Below are positions 1 to 7,776 of a stretch of 64,000 bases of DNA, piece after piece (position 1 is the stretch's first letter; each line of letters opens with the position of its first letter). The translations under genes and the position numbers were made by a program. The stretch is from Patescibacteria group bacterium (GTDB taxonomy: Bacteria > Patescibacteriota > Patescibacteriia > UBA10025 > JAHIVO01). The stretch is from NCBI GenBank assembly GCA_041660605.1, contig JBAZWB010000001.1, positions 137,295-201,294 on the forward strand, in the 5' to 3' direction. The notes under the pieces were generated by a model, which made no database searches, was not told the origin of the DNA, and saw only the letters and a program-made list of their open reading frames with translations.

Positions 1-1
1 T

Positions 2-181
2 AAAGTCAAGCTGAAAGTCAAACAAGCGCCGCCGGGCATCCGCGGAGATACGGCTCAGGGATCCGTTACCAAAAGAGTTACTCTGGAAAACGGCTATGAA
101 GTTGACACTCCGCTTTTCATCAAAGAAGGGGAGATAGTTGAAGTAAACACGGAAACAGGCAAATACGTCGGCAAGGCATAA
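2..181 (+). CDS. efp: Elongation factor P, C-terminal part (runs off window start)
   Basis: Frame 2 translates KVKLKVKQAPPGIRGDTAQGSVTKRVTLENGYEVDTPLFIKEGEIVEVNTETGKYVGKA*, the EF-P C-terminal signature (PGxRGDT ... PLFI ... VNTETGxY). Not in the ORF track. Confidence 0.95.
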   Translation, partial: KVKLKVKQAPPGIRGDTAQGSVTKRVTLENGYEVDTPLFIKEGEIVEVNTETGKYVGKA

Positions 182-244
182 TTTTTTGGATAAGTAAAAT
201 AAAAACCCACTTCGTTAGAAGCGGATTTTTTATAATAAATGATT

Positions 245-1378
245 TTAGGCTAGGCCAATCTTTTTCTTGATCTTCAGCAGGTTTCTGACGGCCTGTACTC
301 TGGCTTTTTTGCTGCCCTGCTTGAGGATATTCTCTATTTCTTTCGGATTTTTTACCAGTTCCGCCCTTTTCTTGCGGAATTTTACAAAAGCGGGGTATTT
401 AACGATTTTTTCCGTCAATAATTTTTTGTATTCAGAGAATTTTATGTTGCCGCCGCTAAGCTCATCAACAAATTTGCGCCTGTCCCTGGTTTCGGTGAAA
501 ATATACAATAACATGTAGAAATTGAAGATGGCCATGAAGGTTTTGAAGTTTTTCTGGCCCAGACGGTTAGCAATGGCGCTCAGGTCTTTTTCAACTTTAA
601 CGCCTTTTTCCGGCGGGTATTTTGCAGCCATATCCTTAAATTCCGTGTTAATTTCCTTGGTATTTCTTAAAAATTCCGTAATCACATGCCGTTCCGTGCC
701 GGTGGCCGTAGGCATGGCTTTTATTTTATTCTCAATTTCCGCCGGCGAATCCGCCAGGGCGATGTATGATTTCGGCCCCAGGCTCTTACTCATTTTTTTG
801 GTCGGATCAATCAGGCTCATGATTTTCGGGGTGGGCGTGATTTTGTCTTTTGGTTCGATAAGGATTTTTCCGTAGCGGGAGTTGAAACTGCGGGCAATTT
901 CCCTGGTCAGCTCCAGATGAGGGAGCTGGTCATAGCCGACCGGCACTACTTCTGCATTATATAGCAGGATATCAGCCGCCATCAGAACCGGATAATCCAT
1001 CAGCCCCATATTAACATTATTGGCAAAACGCTCTGATTTTTCCTTGAATGTCGGCACCCGTTCCAGCCAGGCAACCGGCGTTGTGCAGTTCAGTATCCAG
1101 GCCAGGTCAGTATGTTCCGGCACGAATGACTGCAGCATGACAATGCTTTTCTTGGGATCCAGACCGCAAGCCAGAAAATCAACCGCCGTATCAAAAACGC
1201 GCTGCTCCAGTTCTTTCGGATCAGGGCCCTCCGTCAGCGCGTGATAATCAACGATGGCGAAAATACAGTCGTGCGTTTTGTCTTTCTGCAGCTCAATCCA
1301 CGATTGGATGGCGCCGAAGTAGTTGCCGATATGCAATTGTCCTGACGGCTGGATACCGGAAAAAACGATGTGTTTCAT
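245..1378 (-). CDS. trpS: Tryptophan--tRNA ligase
   Basis: SGIQPSG, HIGNYFG (HIGH-like), YPVLMAADIL, VPVGYDQLPHLE and KMSKS motifs. Confidence 0.97.
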   Translation of the reverse strand: MKHIVFSGIQPSGQLHIGNYFGAIQSWIELQKDKTHDCIFAIVDYHALTEGPDPKELEQRVFDTAVDFLACGLDPKKSIVMLQSFVPEHTDLAWILNCTTPVAWLERVPTFKEKSERFANNVNMGLMDYPVLMAADILLYNAEVVPVGYDQLPHLELTREIARSFNSRYGKILIEPKDKITPTPKIMSLIDPTKKMSKSLGPKSYIALADSPAEIENKIKAMPTATGTERHVITEFLRNTKEINTEFKDMAAKYPPEKGVKVEKDLSAIANRLGQKNFKTFMAIFNFYMLLYIFTETRDRRKFVDELSGGNIKFSEYKKLLTEKIVKYPAFVKFRKKRAELVKNPKEIENILKQGSKKARVQAVRNLLKIKKKIGLA

Positions 1379-1528
1379 AGGTTTTATTAGGTAGCTTATG
1401 GTTTATAGCTTATAGCTCTAGGGGATTTATGAAAGTAATCGTGAAATAATTATAGGCTATTTTCCATATGCTATAAGCCATCTATTAATTATTATACCAC
1501 ATTACTCCAGATTGGGATTTTTTGCAAT

Positions 1529-1561
1529 AAAAAAGAAGGCGGATGCTGTCCATCCACCTTC
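1529..1561 (-). terminator. Intrinsic terminator of ORF 1597..2016
   Basis: gaaggcggatg-ctgtc-catccaccttc stem with an A-run on its left (U-tail on minus strand). Confidence 0.75.
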
Positions 1562-1596
1562 AGCCAAGTTATATGTAACTATATTTTTCAGCAGTC

Positions 1597-2016
1597 TCAG
1601 ACGACGGCTTGGCTGCTGAAAAATTCGAAATGAACTCTGATGCCGGCTTGAGGTAATGCCTTGTCTATTTCTTCAACTATGTGTTGAAGACTGGCATAAA
1701 CTATTGGCACTACTGATGCGGGAATTGCATCCGCATAATCCGTTGTACCCCACCATCCCGTATTTGGCGTGTCCAGCTTATCATTATGGATTTCCCCGGT
1801 AAGAAACCCCTTGTGGTGTGAAATGGAAAAAACATATTCACCAAATGGAATTTCGAGAATGATCTGACCGAATTTCCATTTGTTGCCTTTGATCACCGCG
1901 GATTTGCTAAGCAGCGACTCGACGGATGTAAGAATCCGCGTGATGACCTTCCTCTTCCGGTCAATTTCCTCGCACCCTCGAACGAAGCGTTCGCAGTCAA
2001 TCTTTTCAGTTGACAT
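1597..2016 (-). CDS. Hypothetical protein (ORFan cassette)
   Basis: Open frame; AGGAG SD precedes the ATG at 2016 (track start 2034); own TTGACA promoter at 2130-2135 and terminator. Confidence 0.7.
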   Translation of the reverse strand: MSTEKIDCERFVRGCEEIDRKRKVITRILTSVESLLSKSAVIKGNKWKFGQIILEIPFGEYVFSISHHKGFLTGEIHNDKLDTPNTGWWGTTDYADAIPASVVPIVYASLQHIVEEIDKALPQAGIRVHFEFFSSQAVV

Positions 2017-2307
2017 TTCAGTTCTCCTTTCCATGTCTGGAAAAGCCTGTCGACTATTACGTTGTCTGTAGAATTATAACTTGGCTTTAAACGTGCAAAT
2101 TGATTTATTTAAGCAAATAATTCAGTAAGTGTCAATTGAACTAATGAGTTGTAAATTGCAGGTTTAAAATAGAAATCGCTTTGTTAGTGGTGGCTTTTTA
2201 TTAATTTTTTTGAGAAAACAGATTCTGCTTGAGTATATTTACATTGTTGACTTCATGAGTTTAAATAGTGTATAGTAGAAAACTAACTTTGACAATTTGG
2301 AGGTGGC

Positions 2308-2820
2308 ATGAACTATTTGATAGAATTTTTTGCTTTAACTCGTGAACATGATGGATCATCCGCTGTTTGGCGCTGTCGGAATGAGCGTTTAAATGGCCAA
2401 GCGCCTTTTTTTCAGAAAGTGCTGGGTACGCAAGTGCAAATATGCAGCCGTCCGAGCGGTCTGGGCGGTTTGCCGGTAGGTGCGTTTGTGCCGACACGGC
2501 GTCCAGCCGGCCTGATTGGCATTACCCGATCCGGTCTGTGCGTGTATAGTGACTGTGATCAGGCTAATCCCGCGCCAGCGGGTAGGTTGCATCAGCGCCC
2601 GGATAAGGTGCGCAGCGGTTTACTGGACGGATCCACTGGTGAAGTAGTAGCGCTGTTTCTGGATGAGCATGAAGCAGCCGAAGCCGCAAAGCAGTCTGGG
2701 GTATTGCCTCTGGACCAGCGCTGGCACAGGCAGACCAGGGAAACGCTTGAGGCCATTGGCCTTAACCATCCGATCTTTATTTCGTCGGATCGCGATTTTC
2801 AGGAGGTTTTTTCCGTCTAA
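2308..2820 (+). CDS. Hypothetical protein (ORFan cassette)
   Basis: 170-aa ORF, GGAGG SD, TTGACT-18-TATAGT promoter at 2247-2276, terminator downstream. Confidence 0.75.
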   Translation: MNYLIEFFALTREHDGSSAVWRCRNERLNGQAPFFQKVLGTQVQICSRPSGLGGLPVGAFVPTRRPAGLIGITRSGLCVYSDCDQANPAPAGRLHQRPDKVRSGLLDGSTGEVVALFLDEHEAAEAAKQSGVLPLDQRWHRQTRETLEAIGLNHPIFISSDRDFQEVFSV

Positions 2821-2843
2821 GCTTTCGCTGTTTTTAGAAGTGG

Positions 2844-2872
2844 GCGTGTCCAGTTTCCGGACACGCTTTTTT
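2844..2872 (+). terminator. Intrinsic terminator
   Basis: gcgtgtcc-agtttcc-ggacacgc followed by T6. Confidence 0.8.
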
Positions 2873-2973
2873 ATTATTTTAAATTTTTTTTTGTGCCTGT
2901 TAAGAGTTTTTAATTATACAAACAAGCGCACCCACAGAGGGGTGCGCTTGGAGCGGTTATTATAAGGTTTGAT

Positions 2974-4686
2974 TTATACTTCTATCACAACCGGTAGCAC
3001 CATCGGCCTTCTCTGAGTTTTTGTAAACAGGAATTGTCCGATGTCGTCGCGGATCTTATTTTTGATGTACTGCTCGTCAGCTTCGGCGCGCGGTTCGCGT
3101 TCTTTAAATATCGCTTGTACTTTCTTTTTAGTCTGTTCCAATAGCTGTTTGTTCTGCTTGACATAAATGAAGCCACGGGAAATAATGTCCGGCGCATTGA
3201 GGATGTCTCCTGTTTTAGAATCTACGGTAACGATAATGACAAACATGCCGTCAGCCGCCAGCATCTGCCGGTCGCGCAGAACCACATTTGAAACGTCTCC
3301 GACCCCCAGGCCATCGACAAAAACATAATGCGAAGGGGCTTTTTGGGGAGACAGGTTCGCACCATTTTTGCTTATTTCCAAAATAGAACCGTTATCCAGA
3401 ACAAAAATATGATTTTTCGGATAGCCCCGGCGGACCACCAGTTTTTCCGCCTCCTTGAGGAAATAATGGTTGGCATAGACGGGCAGGAAATACGTGGGCT
3501 TGATTTGCTTGACGACTTCCACCAGGTCAGCGGCGTTGCTGTGCCCGCTGGAATGGACATCCATAATATCCGTATGTATGACATTGTCGCACAGTCGGTA
3601 TAAATTATCTTTTAGCCGCTGGATAGTCCGCTCATTACCGGGTATTACGGAAGACGAAAAGATAACCGTATCGTTTTTCTTTATTTTGATAAAACGATGG
3701 TTGTTGCTGATGATACGGGAAAGCACCGCCCGCGGCTCACCCTGGGCGCCGGTGCAGACGACCAGCACTTTGCGGTCGGGATATTTGTGTATCTGATCAA
3801 CGGTGATCAGCGAGCCTTTTTTAGTTTTAATGTATCCCAGCTGTCTGGCTACTTCCACATTGACTTTCATGCTGTAGCCATCCAGTGCTACTTTTTTTCC
3901 TACTTTTTGCGCCTGGTCCAGCACCCATCTGATTCTTTCCAGCTGTGAGGAAAAAGTGCCGATGATGATGCGTCCGGGCGCCTGTTCCATCAGCCTCTGC
4001 AGATTCTGGTACATTATTTTTTCCGGAGTCCTTTCTTTATTGGCCGTGGAACCCAGACTTTCCAGCATTAGTATGGTTGGTTTAGGTAATCCGGCCAGGC
4101 GGTTATAGGTGACAGGATTCCGATCCAGAGGGTCTCTCTCGTAAGTCCAATCACCGGGGTGGATAATAGTGCCCTGCGGAGTCTGCAGAATAACGCCGAT
4201 AGCATCCATGATAGAATGATCAACCTGAAAGAAATTAGCCGTGAATTTTCCCAGCCTAATATTCTGGTTAAGATTTTTGATATTGATCGTATGCAGCCGC
4301 TTGGATGCCCCTTTTTTATAATCTTCCACGCGATGTTTTATCATAGCCAGCGTCAGTGGCCGGCCGATAATCGTCGGATTATTCAGCCTTTCTAGGAGAA
4401 TCGGAGCCGCGCCGATATGGTCCAGATGTCCGTGGGAAAAAATAACCCCTCTGATATTTTTTTCCTTGCCGCGCAGATAGGCGATATTGGGAATTATATA
4501 ATCAATGCCGGGCATGTCTTCTTCCGGGAACTGTACGCCCATATCCAGAATTACAATATCGTTGCCGTATTCGAACACGGTCATATTGCGGCCGACTTCT
4601 TCCTGGCCGCCGAGTGGGATGATCCGCAGGCGGTTATCCTGATGCTGCGGTTGTCTGATTTTTTTAGTTTGTTTTTTTTGTATCAT
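2974..4686 (-). CDS. rnj: Ribonuclease J
   Basis: PLGGQEEVGRNM, SHGHLDHIG metallo-beta-lactamase motif, TGAQGEP, HSSGH, C-terminal RRPMVLPVVIEV. Confidence 0.97.
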   Translation of the reverse strand: MIQKKQTKKIRQPQHQDNRLRIIPLGGQEEVGRNMTVFEYGNDIVILDMGVQFPEEDMPGIDYIIPNIAYLRGKEKNIRGVIFSHGHLDHIGAAPILLERLNNPTIIGRPLTLAMIKHRVEDYKKGASKRLHTINIKNLNQNIRLGKFTANFFQVDHSIMDAIGVILQTPQGTIIHPGDWTYERDPLDRNPVTYNRLAGLPKPTILMLESLGSTANKERTPEKIMYQNLQRLMEQAPGRIIIGTFSSQLERIRWVLDQAQKVGKKVALDGYSMKVNVEVARQLGYIKTKKGSLITVDQIHKYPDRKVLVVCTGAQGEPRAVLSRIISNNHRFIKIKKNDTVIFSSSVIPGNERTIQRLKDNLYRLCDNVIHTDIMDVHSSGHSNAADLVEVVKQIKPTYFLPVYANHYFLKEAEKLVVRRGYPKNHIFVLDNGSILEISKNGANLSPQKAPSHYVFVDGLGVGDVSNVVLRDRQMLAADGMFVIIVTVDSKTGDILNAPDIISRGFIYVKQNKQLLEQTKKKVQAIFKEREPRAEADEQYIKNKIRDDIGQFLFTKTQRRPMVLPVVIEV

Positions 4687-4872
4687 ATATTTTTAAAAAT
4701 TTCCAATTTCCAAGCTCTAATTTCTAATCAATTTTTTAATATCTAATGCTAATAATGCCCAATTTAAACGTTTAATTATTGGATATTGGGGTTTGGTTAG
4801 GTATTAGAAATTTGTCATTAGAAATTCAAATAGGTTTTGGATTTCGTATTTTGAGATTAGAATTTAATTATT

Positions 4873-4923
4873 TGATGCCGGAGACCCCGTACAATTCGCT
4901 TCGCTCATGTACGGGGCAGGGAG
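4873..4923 (-). pseudogene. tRNA-Leu 3'-end remnant interrupted by a palindrome
   Basis: Minus strand reads CTC[36-nt palindrome]TCTCCGGCATCA, matching the 3' end CTCTCTCCGGCACCA of the tRNA-Leu at 5209. Confidence 0.55.
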
Positions 4924-5027
4924 CCCCGCTAGTCAGCGGGATCTCATCATTTTATTAAGTTATTGTTTTCGAGAATCTCCGCAAAAGGCGGGATGCGTCA
5001 TCTGGTAATCAATTTTAGGGGTTATAA

Positions 5028-5122
5028 TGGGCGAAAGAGGAGTCGCCACGCCCGCTTCGACGCAGCTGCGTCTGCAGCGAGTCGGGCGGGAACCTCCACG
5101 GGATTGCTCCCACACGGCCCTG
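5028..5122 (-). pseudogene. tRNA-Leu(CAG) 3'-half remnant with a 45-nt palindromic insertion in the T-loop
   Basis: Removing 5046-5090 gives CAGGGCCGTGTGGGAGCAATCCCGTGGAGGTTCGACTCCTCTTTCGCCCA (anticodon, variable arm, T-arm, acceptor 3' strand); another hairpin abuts the anticodon at 5123. Confidence 0.8.
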
Positions 5123-5208
5123 CCACCGCCATACGGCGGGGTCCCACCTCCATTTGATTGAAAATATTGTAGCGGGAAACCGTGTGTATTGCTATTGTAA
5201 ATTTTAAT

Positions 5209-5481
5209 TGGTGCCGGAGAGAGGAATTGAACCTCCAAGCCCTTGCGGGCACACGGCCCTCCGCCTTTGCCCTCATTATATTCGGGCTATGGCGGACAGG
5301 TGAACAGTGCGCTTCGTGCCTGCCTGTGCCTATGCCGAGAAGAGGACTCGAACCTCCATGGGCTTGCGCCCGCTAGCTCCTGAAGCTAGTGCGTCTACCA
5401 AATTCCGCCATCTCGGCTCAGACATAGGTAGGCAGGTTTGCTAACTTGTCCCGTCGAATGACGGGGTTTCACCACTCCGGC
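5209..5481 (-). pseudogene. Outer tRNA-Leu(CAG) broken by three insertions
   Basis: Removing 5445-5466, 5319-5436 and 5260-5300 gives GCCGGAGTGGTGAAA-TTAGCAAA-CACG(aagcg)CACTGTTCA-GGGCCGTGTGCCCGCAAGGGCTTGGAGGTTCAATTCCTCTCTCCGGCACCA; D-loop GG lost, one anticodon-stem mismatch. Confidence 0.8.
5333..5417 (-). tRNA. tRNA-Leu(CAG), intact, CCA not encoded
   Basis: GCCGAGA acceptor pairs with TCTCGGC; CTAGC-TTCAGGA-GCTAG anticodon arm; long variable arm; GGTTCGAGTCC T-arm. Confidence 0.95.
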
Positions 5482-5487
5482 AGAAAA

Positions 5488-7320
5488 TTACTGCCAACCC
5501 AATTTAACTTTTATATACCTGTCCTCGATGCCGTTAAAGCGATCGGAGGGTATAGTTATAGGTATATCCTTAATACCTTTAATTTTTTTTGCTGCACCAT
5601 AATTATAATACGGGCTGTAGAGAAAGACTGCGGGAACATCTTCGGCGATAATGTTTTGGAAATCTATGTAGTCCTTCGCCCGATCATCCAAATTATCGGT
5701 TTTTCTGGCTTCTTCGAGTAATTTATCCGCGTCTTTATTATAATAGTTTGATAAATTCAATCCACCGGAAACGCTTTGGCTGGAGTGCCAGAATGGATAA
5801 GGGTCGGGATCGGCGCCTAATATTTCACCGTATAAAAAAGCCTCGTAGGCCCTGGGCTTGATGACTTCCTTATCAATGCGCAGGGGATTCATAATTTTCA
5901 GTTCAATGCCGACGCCGATATTTTCCCAGTTCTCACGCAGGATATCGGCAGTTTTCAGATATTCAGGCTGGTCAACGGTGGTCAGGGAAAATTTAAGTTC
6001 GTTCCCGTCTTTTTGCCTCAGACCGCCTCCTTCAGGCACTTTCCAGCCGGCGTCGTTGAGTATCTGTTCAGCCTTGGCTTTATCAAAATCGTATTTTTTT
6101 ATATCCGGGTTATAGCCTAGAAAACCCTCAAGTATCGGCCCGTTAATGATCTGGCCTTCGTTACTAAGCGCTTCCTGCAAGATCCGGTTTCTATCAGTGG
6201 CGTAGGCCAGCGCCTGCTTTATTTCTTTTACCTTCAGCAGAGGATTTTTTTGGTTAAAAAATATGGCGGTATATTGCGGCAGCCGGAGAGAATAATTTAC
6301 AATATCCTTGTTTTTCCCGAGTGAACCGCTGTAATCTTTTGGGATATAGCTGATGCCGTCAACTTTATTATTTTGCAGAGAGCTGAGCGCGGATTCGAAG
6401 TCAGGATAAAATTTGAAAGTAATTTTTTCGATATAAGGTTTCTGATTGTAATAATCAGGATTCAGAGTCAGTAAATATGATTTTATCGTTCCAGACTGGT
6501 CTTTTACCAGTTCACTGAATTTGTACGGCCCGGAACCGATCGGTTTGGTATTATATTCCGCCAGACGGAAGTTGCTGGCAGTGACATCGCTCCAGATATG
6601 CGCCGGCAAGATGCCGATCGTCAAGTTTGAAAGAAACGGAGAAAATGGTTCATCCAGGCCGAAAGAAACAGTATAGTCATCAACTCTATTTATCGTTACA
6701 CCCTGGAAACTGGCGTAATAAGGGCTGTTAAAATCCGCTTCTTTGATGGTTTCATAAGTATAAACCACGTCGTCGGCCATCAGCGGATTGCCGTTCTGCC
6801 ATTTGACGTCCTGACGGAGATGTATGGTGTAGGTTTTTTTATCTTCTGAAATTTCATAATTCTGGGCCAAATCAGGCAGAAGCTTGAGGTTTTTATCGTA
6901 GCGGAATAATCCCGAGTAAACCAGCCGGGCGATATCGCGATCAATGTCATTCTGGGCCAGAATAGGATTGATATATGATGGCTGGCCAATCAGCGCTTCA
7001 CTGTAGCTACCGCCTGCTTTTGGCAGGTAAATAACGTGGCGCTGGTAAAAGCGAACCACTAAAAATCCGAGACTGGCGATAATCAATAAAAGCAGTACGC
7101 GGATAACTACCGCCTCCTTTTTTGTCAGGTATTTGGGTATATATTGCAGCTGCTGCCAGTTTGGGAAACGCTGCTTAGCCATGGAAAAAACGAGTTTTTT
7201 GTCCAAGTCAGTCTGTTCGGAAACAATTTCCGGTGTTTTTACCTGGCTATTGTCTGACTTTTGTCTTTTCCGAAAGATGTTTTTAGCCTGCGAAAATATT
7301 TTTGATACGTTCAGTTTCAA
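5488..7320 (-). CDS. Peptide ABC transporter substrate-binding protein (family 5, OppA/DppA-like) with N-terminal TM anchor
   Basis: INPILA, LVYSGLF, PDLA, LRQDVKWQNG..ADDVVYTY, PIGSGPYKF motifs; TTG start uncertain. Confidence 0.9.
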   Translation of the reverse strand: MKLNVSKIFSQAKNIFRKRQKSDNSQVKTPEIVSEQTDLDKKLVFSMAKQRFPNWQQLQYIPKYLTKKEAVVIRVLLLLIIASLGFLVVRFYQRHVIYLPKAGGSYSEALIGQPSYINPILAQNDIDRDIARLVYSGLFRYDKNLKLLPDLAQNYEISEDKKTYTIHLRQDVKWQNGNPLMADDVVYTYETIKEADFNSPYYASFQGVTINRVDDYTVSFGLDEPFSPFLSNLTIGILPAHIWSDVTASNFRLAEYNTKPIGSGPYKFSELVKDQSGTIKSYLLTLNPDYYNQKPYIEKITFKFYPDFESALSSLQNNKVDGISYIPKDYSGSLGKNKDIVNYSLRLPQYTAIFFNQKNPLLKVKEIKQALAYATDRNRILQEALSNEGQIINGPILEGFLGYNPDIKKYDFDKAKAEQILNDAGWKVPEGGGLRQKDGNELKFSLTTVDQPEYLKTADILRENWENIGVGIELKIMNPLRIDKEVIKPRAYEAFLYGEILGADPDPYPFWHSSQSVSGGLNLSNYYNKDADKLLEEARKTDNLDDRAKDYIDFQNIIAEDVPAVFLYSPYYNYGAAKKIKGIKDIPITIPSDRFNGIEDRYIKVKLGWQ

Positions 7321-7340
7321 TTTAAACAGTGATTAATAAT

Positions 7341-7562
7341 TTATTGACGGATCAAAATATTCGCTACGGCCACTCCAAAGAATAAAATACTTATCACAAT
7401 GGTGACCACGAAAAGAGATTTTTCAAAACCCCGCTTCGTCCGATAAACGTTTCCGTCACCCCCTAAGGCAGTGGAAAGACCGGCGCCCTGGTTTTGCAGT
7501 AAAATTACCGTCACCAGCAGACCGGCGAGTACAATCTGCGCAATATTTAGAATGTTTTGCAT
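7341..7562 (-). CDS. secG: Preprotein translocase subunit SecG
   Basis: Two TM helices, ILLQNQGAGLSTALGG and TKRGFEKSL motifs; likely start ATG 7562. Confidence 0.9.
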   Translation of the reverse strand: MQNILNIAQIVLAGLLVTVILLQNQGAGLSTALGGDGNVYRTKRGFEKSLFVVTIVISILFFGVAVANILIRQ

Positions 7563-7636
7563 ATAAAAAAATATAGCTCTAAGCTTAGTATAAGGTATCA
7601 AATTACAGGCCTTTTGTCAAGAAAGGCCTGAACTGG

Positions 7637-7774
7637 TTATTTCCCGGCTCTTTTTATTATAATTTTTTGCAGCTTTTTCACGCTGGCTCCGGAGACTTTC
7701 ATCCGGATTTTTTTCCGCCTGGATTTTTGCTGGTTTTTTCTCTCTATCTCTCTCTGCAATTTTTCGTAATCCAT
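7637..7774 (-). CDS. Small basic hypothetical protein (45 aa)
   Basis: ATG 2 nt after the uvrC stop; MDYEKLQREIERKNQQKSRRKKIRMKVSGASVKKLQKIIIKRAGK*; below the ORF-track cutoff. Confidence 0.55.
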   Translation of the reverse strand: MDYEKLQREIERKNQQKSRRKKIRMKVSGASVKKLQKIIIKRAGK

Positions 7775-7776
7775 TT

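Noticed and set aside
5260-5300. Group I intron in the tRNA-Leu anticodon loop
   Set aside because: Only 41 nt, a simple hairpin with no catalytic core; the host tRNA is degenerate.
4960-5376. Four short ORFs in the track over the tRNA-Leu region
   Set aside because: They translate tRNA and hairpin sequence; no coding signals.
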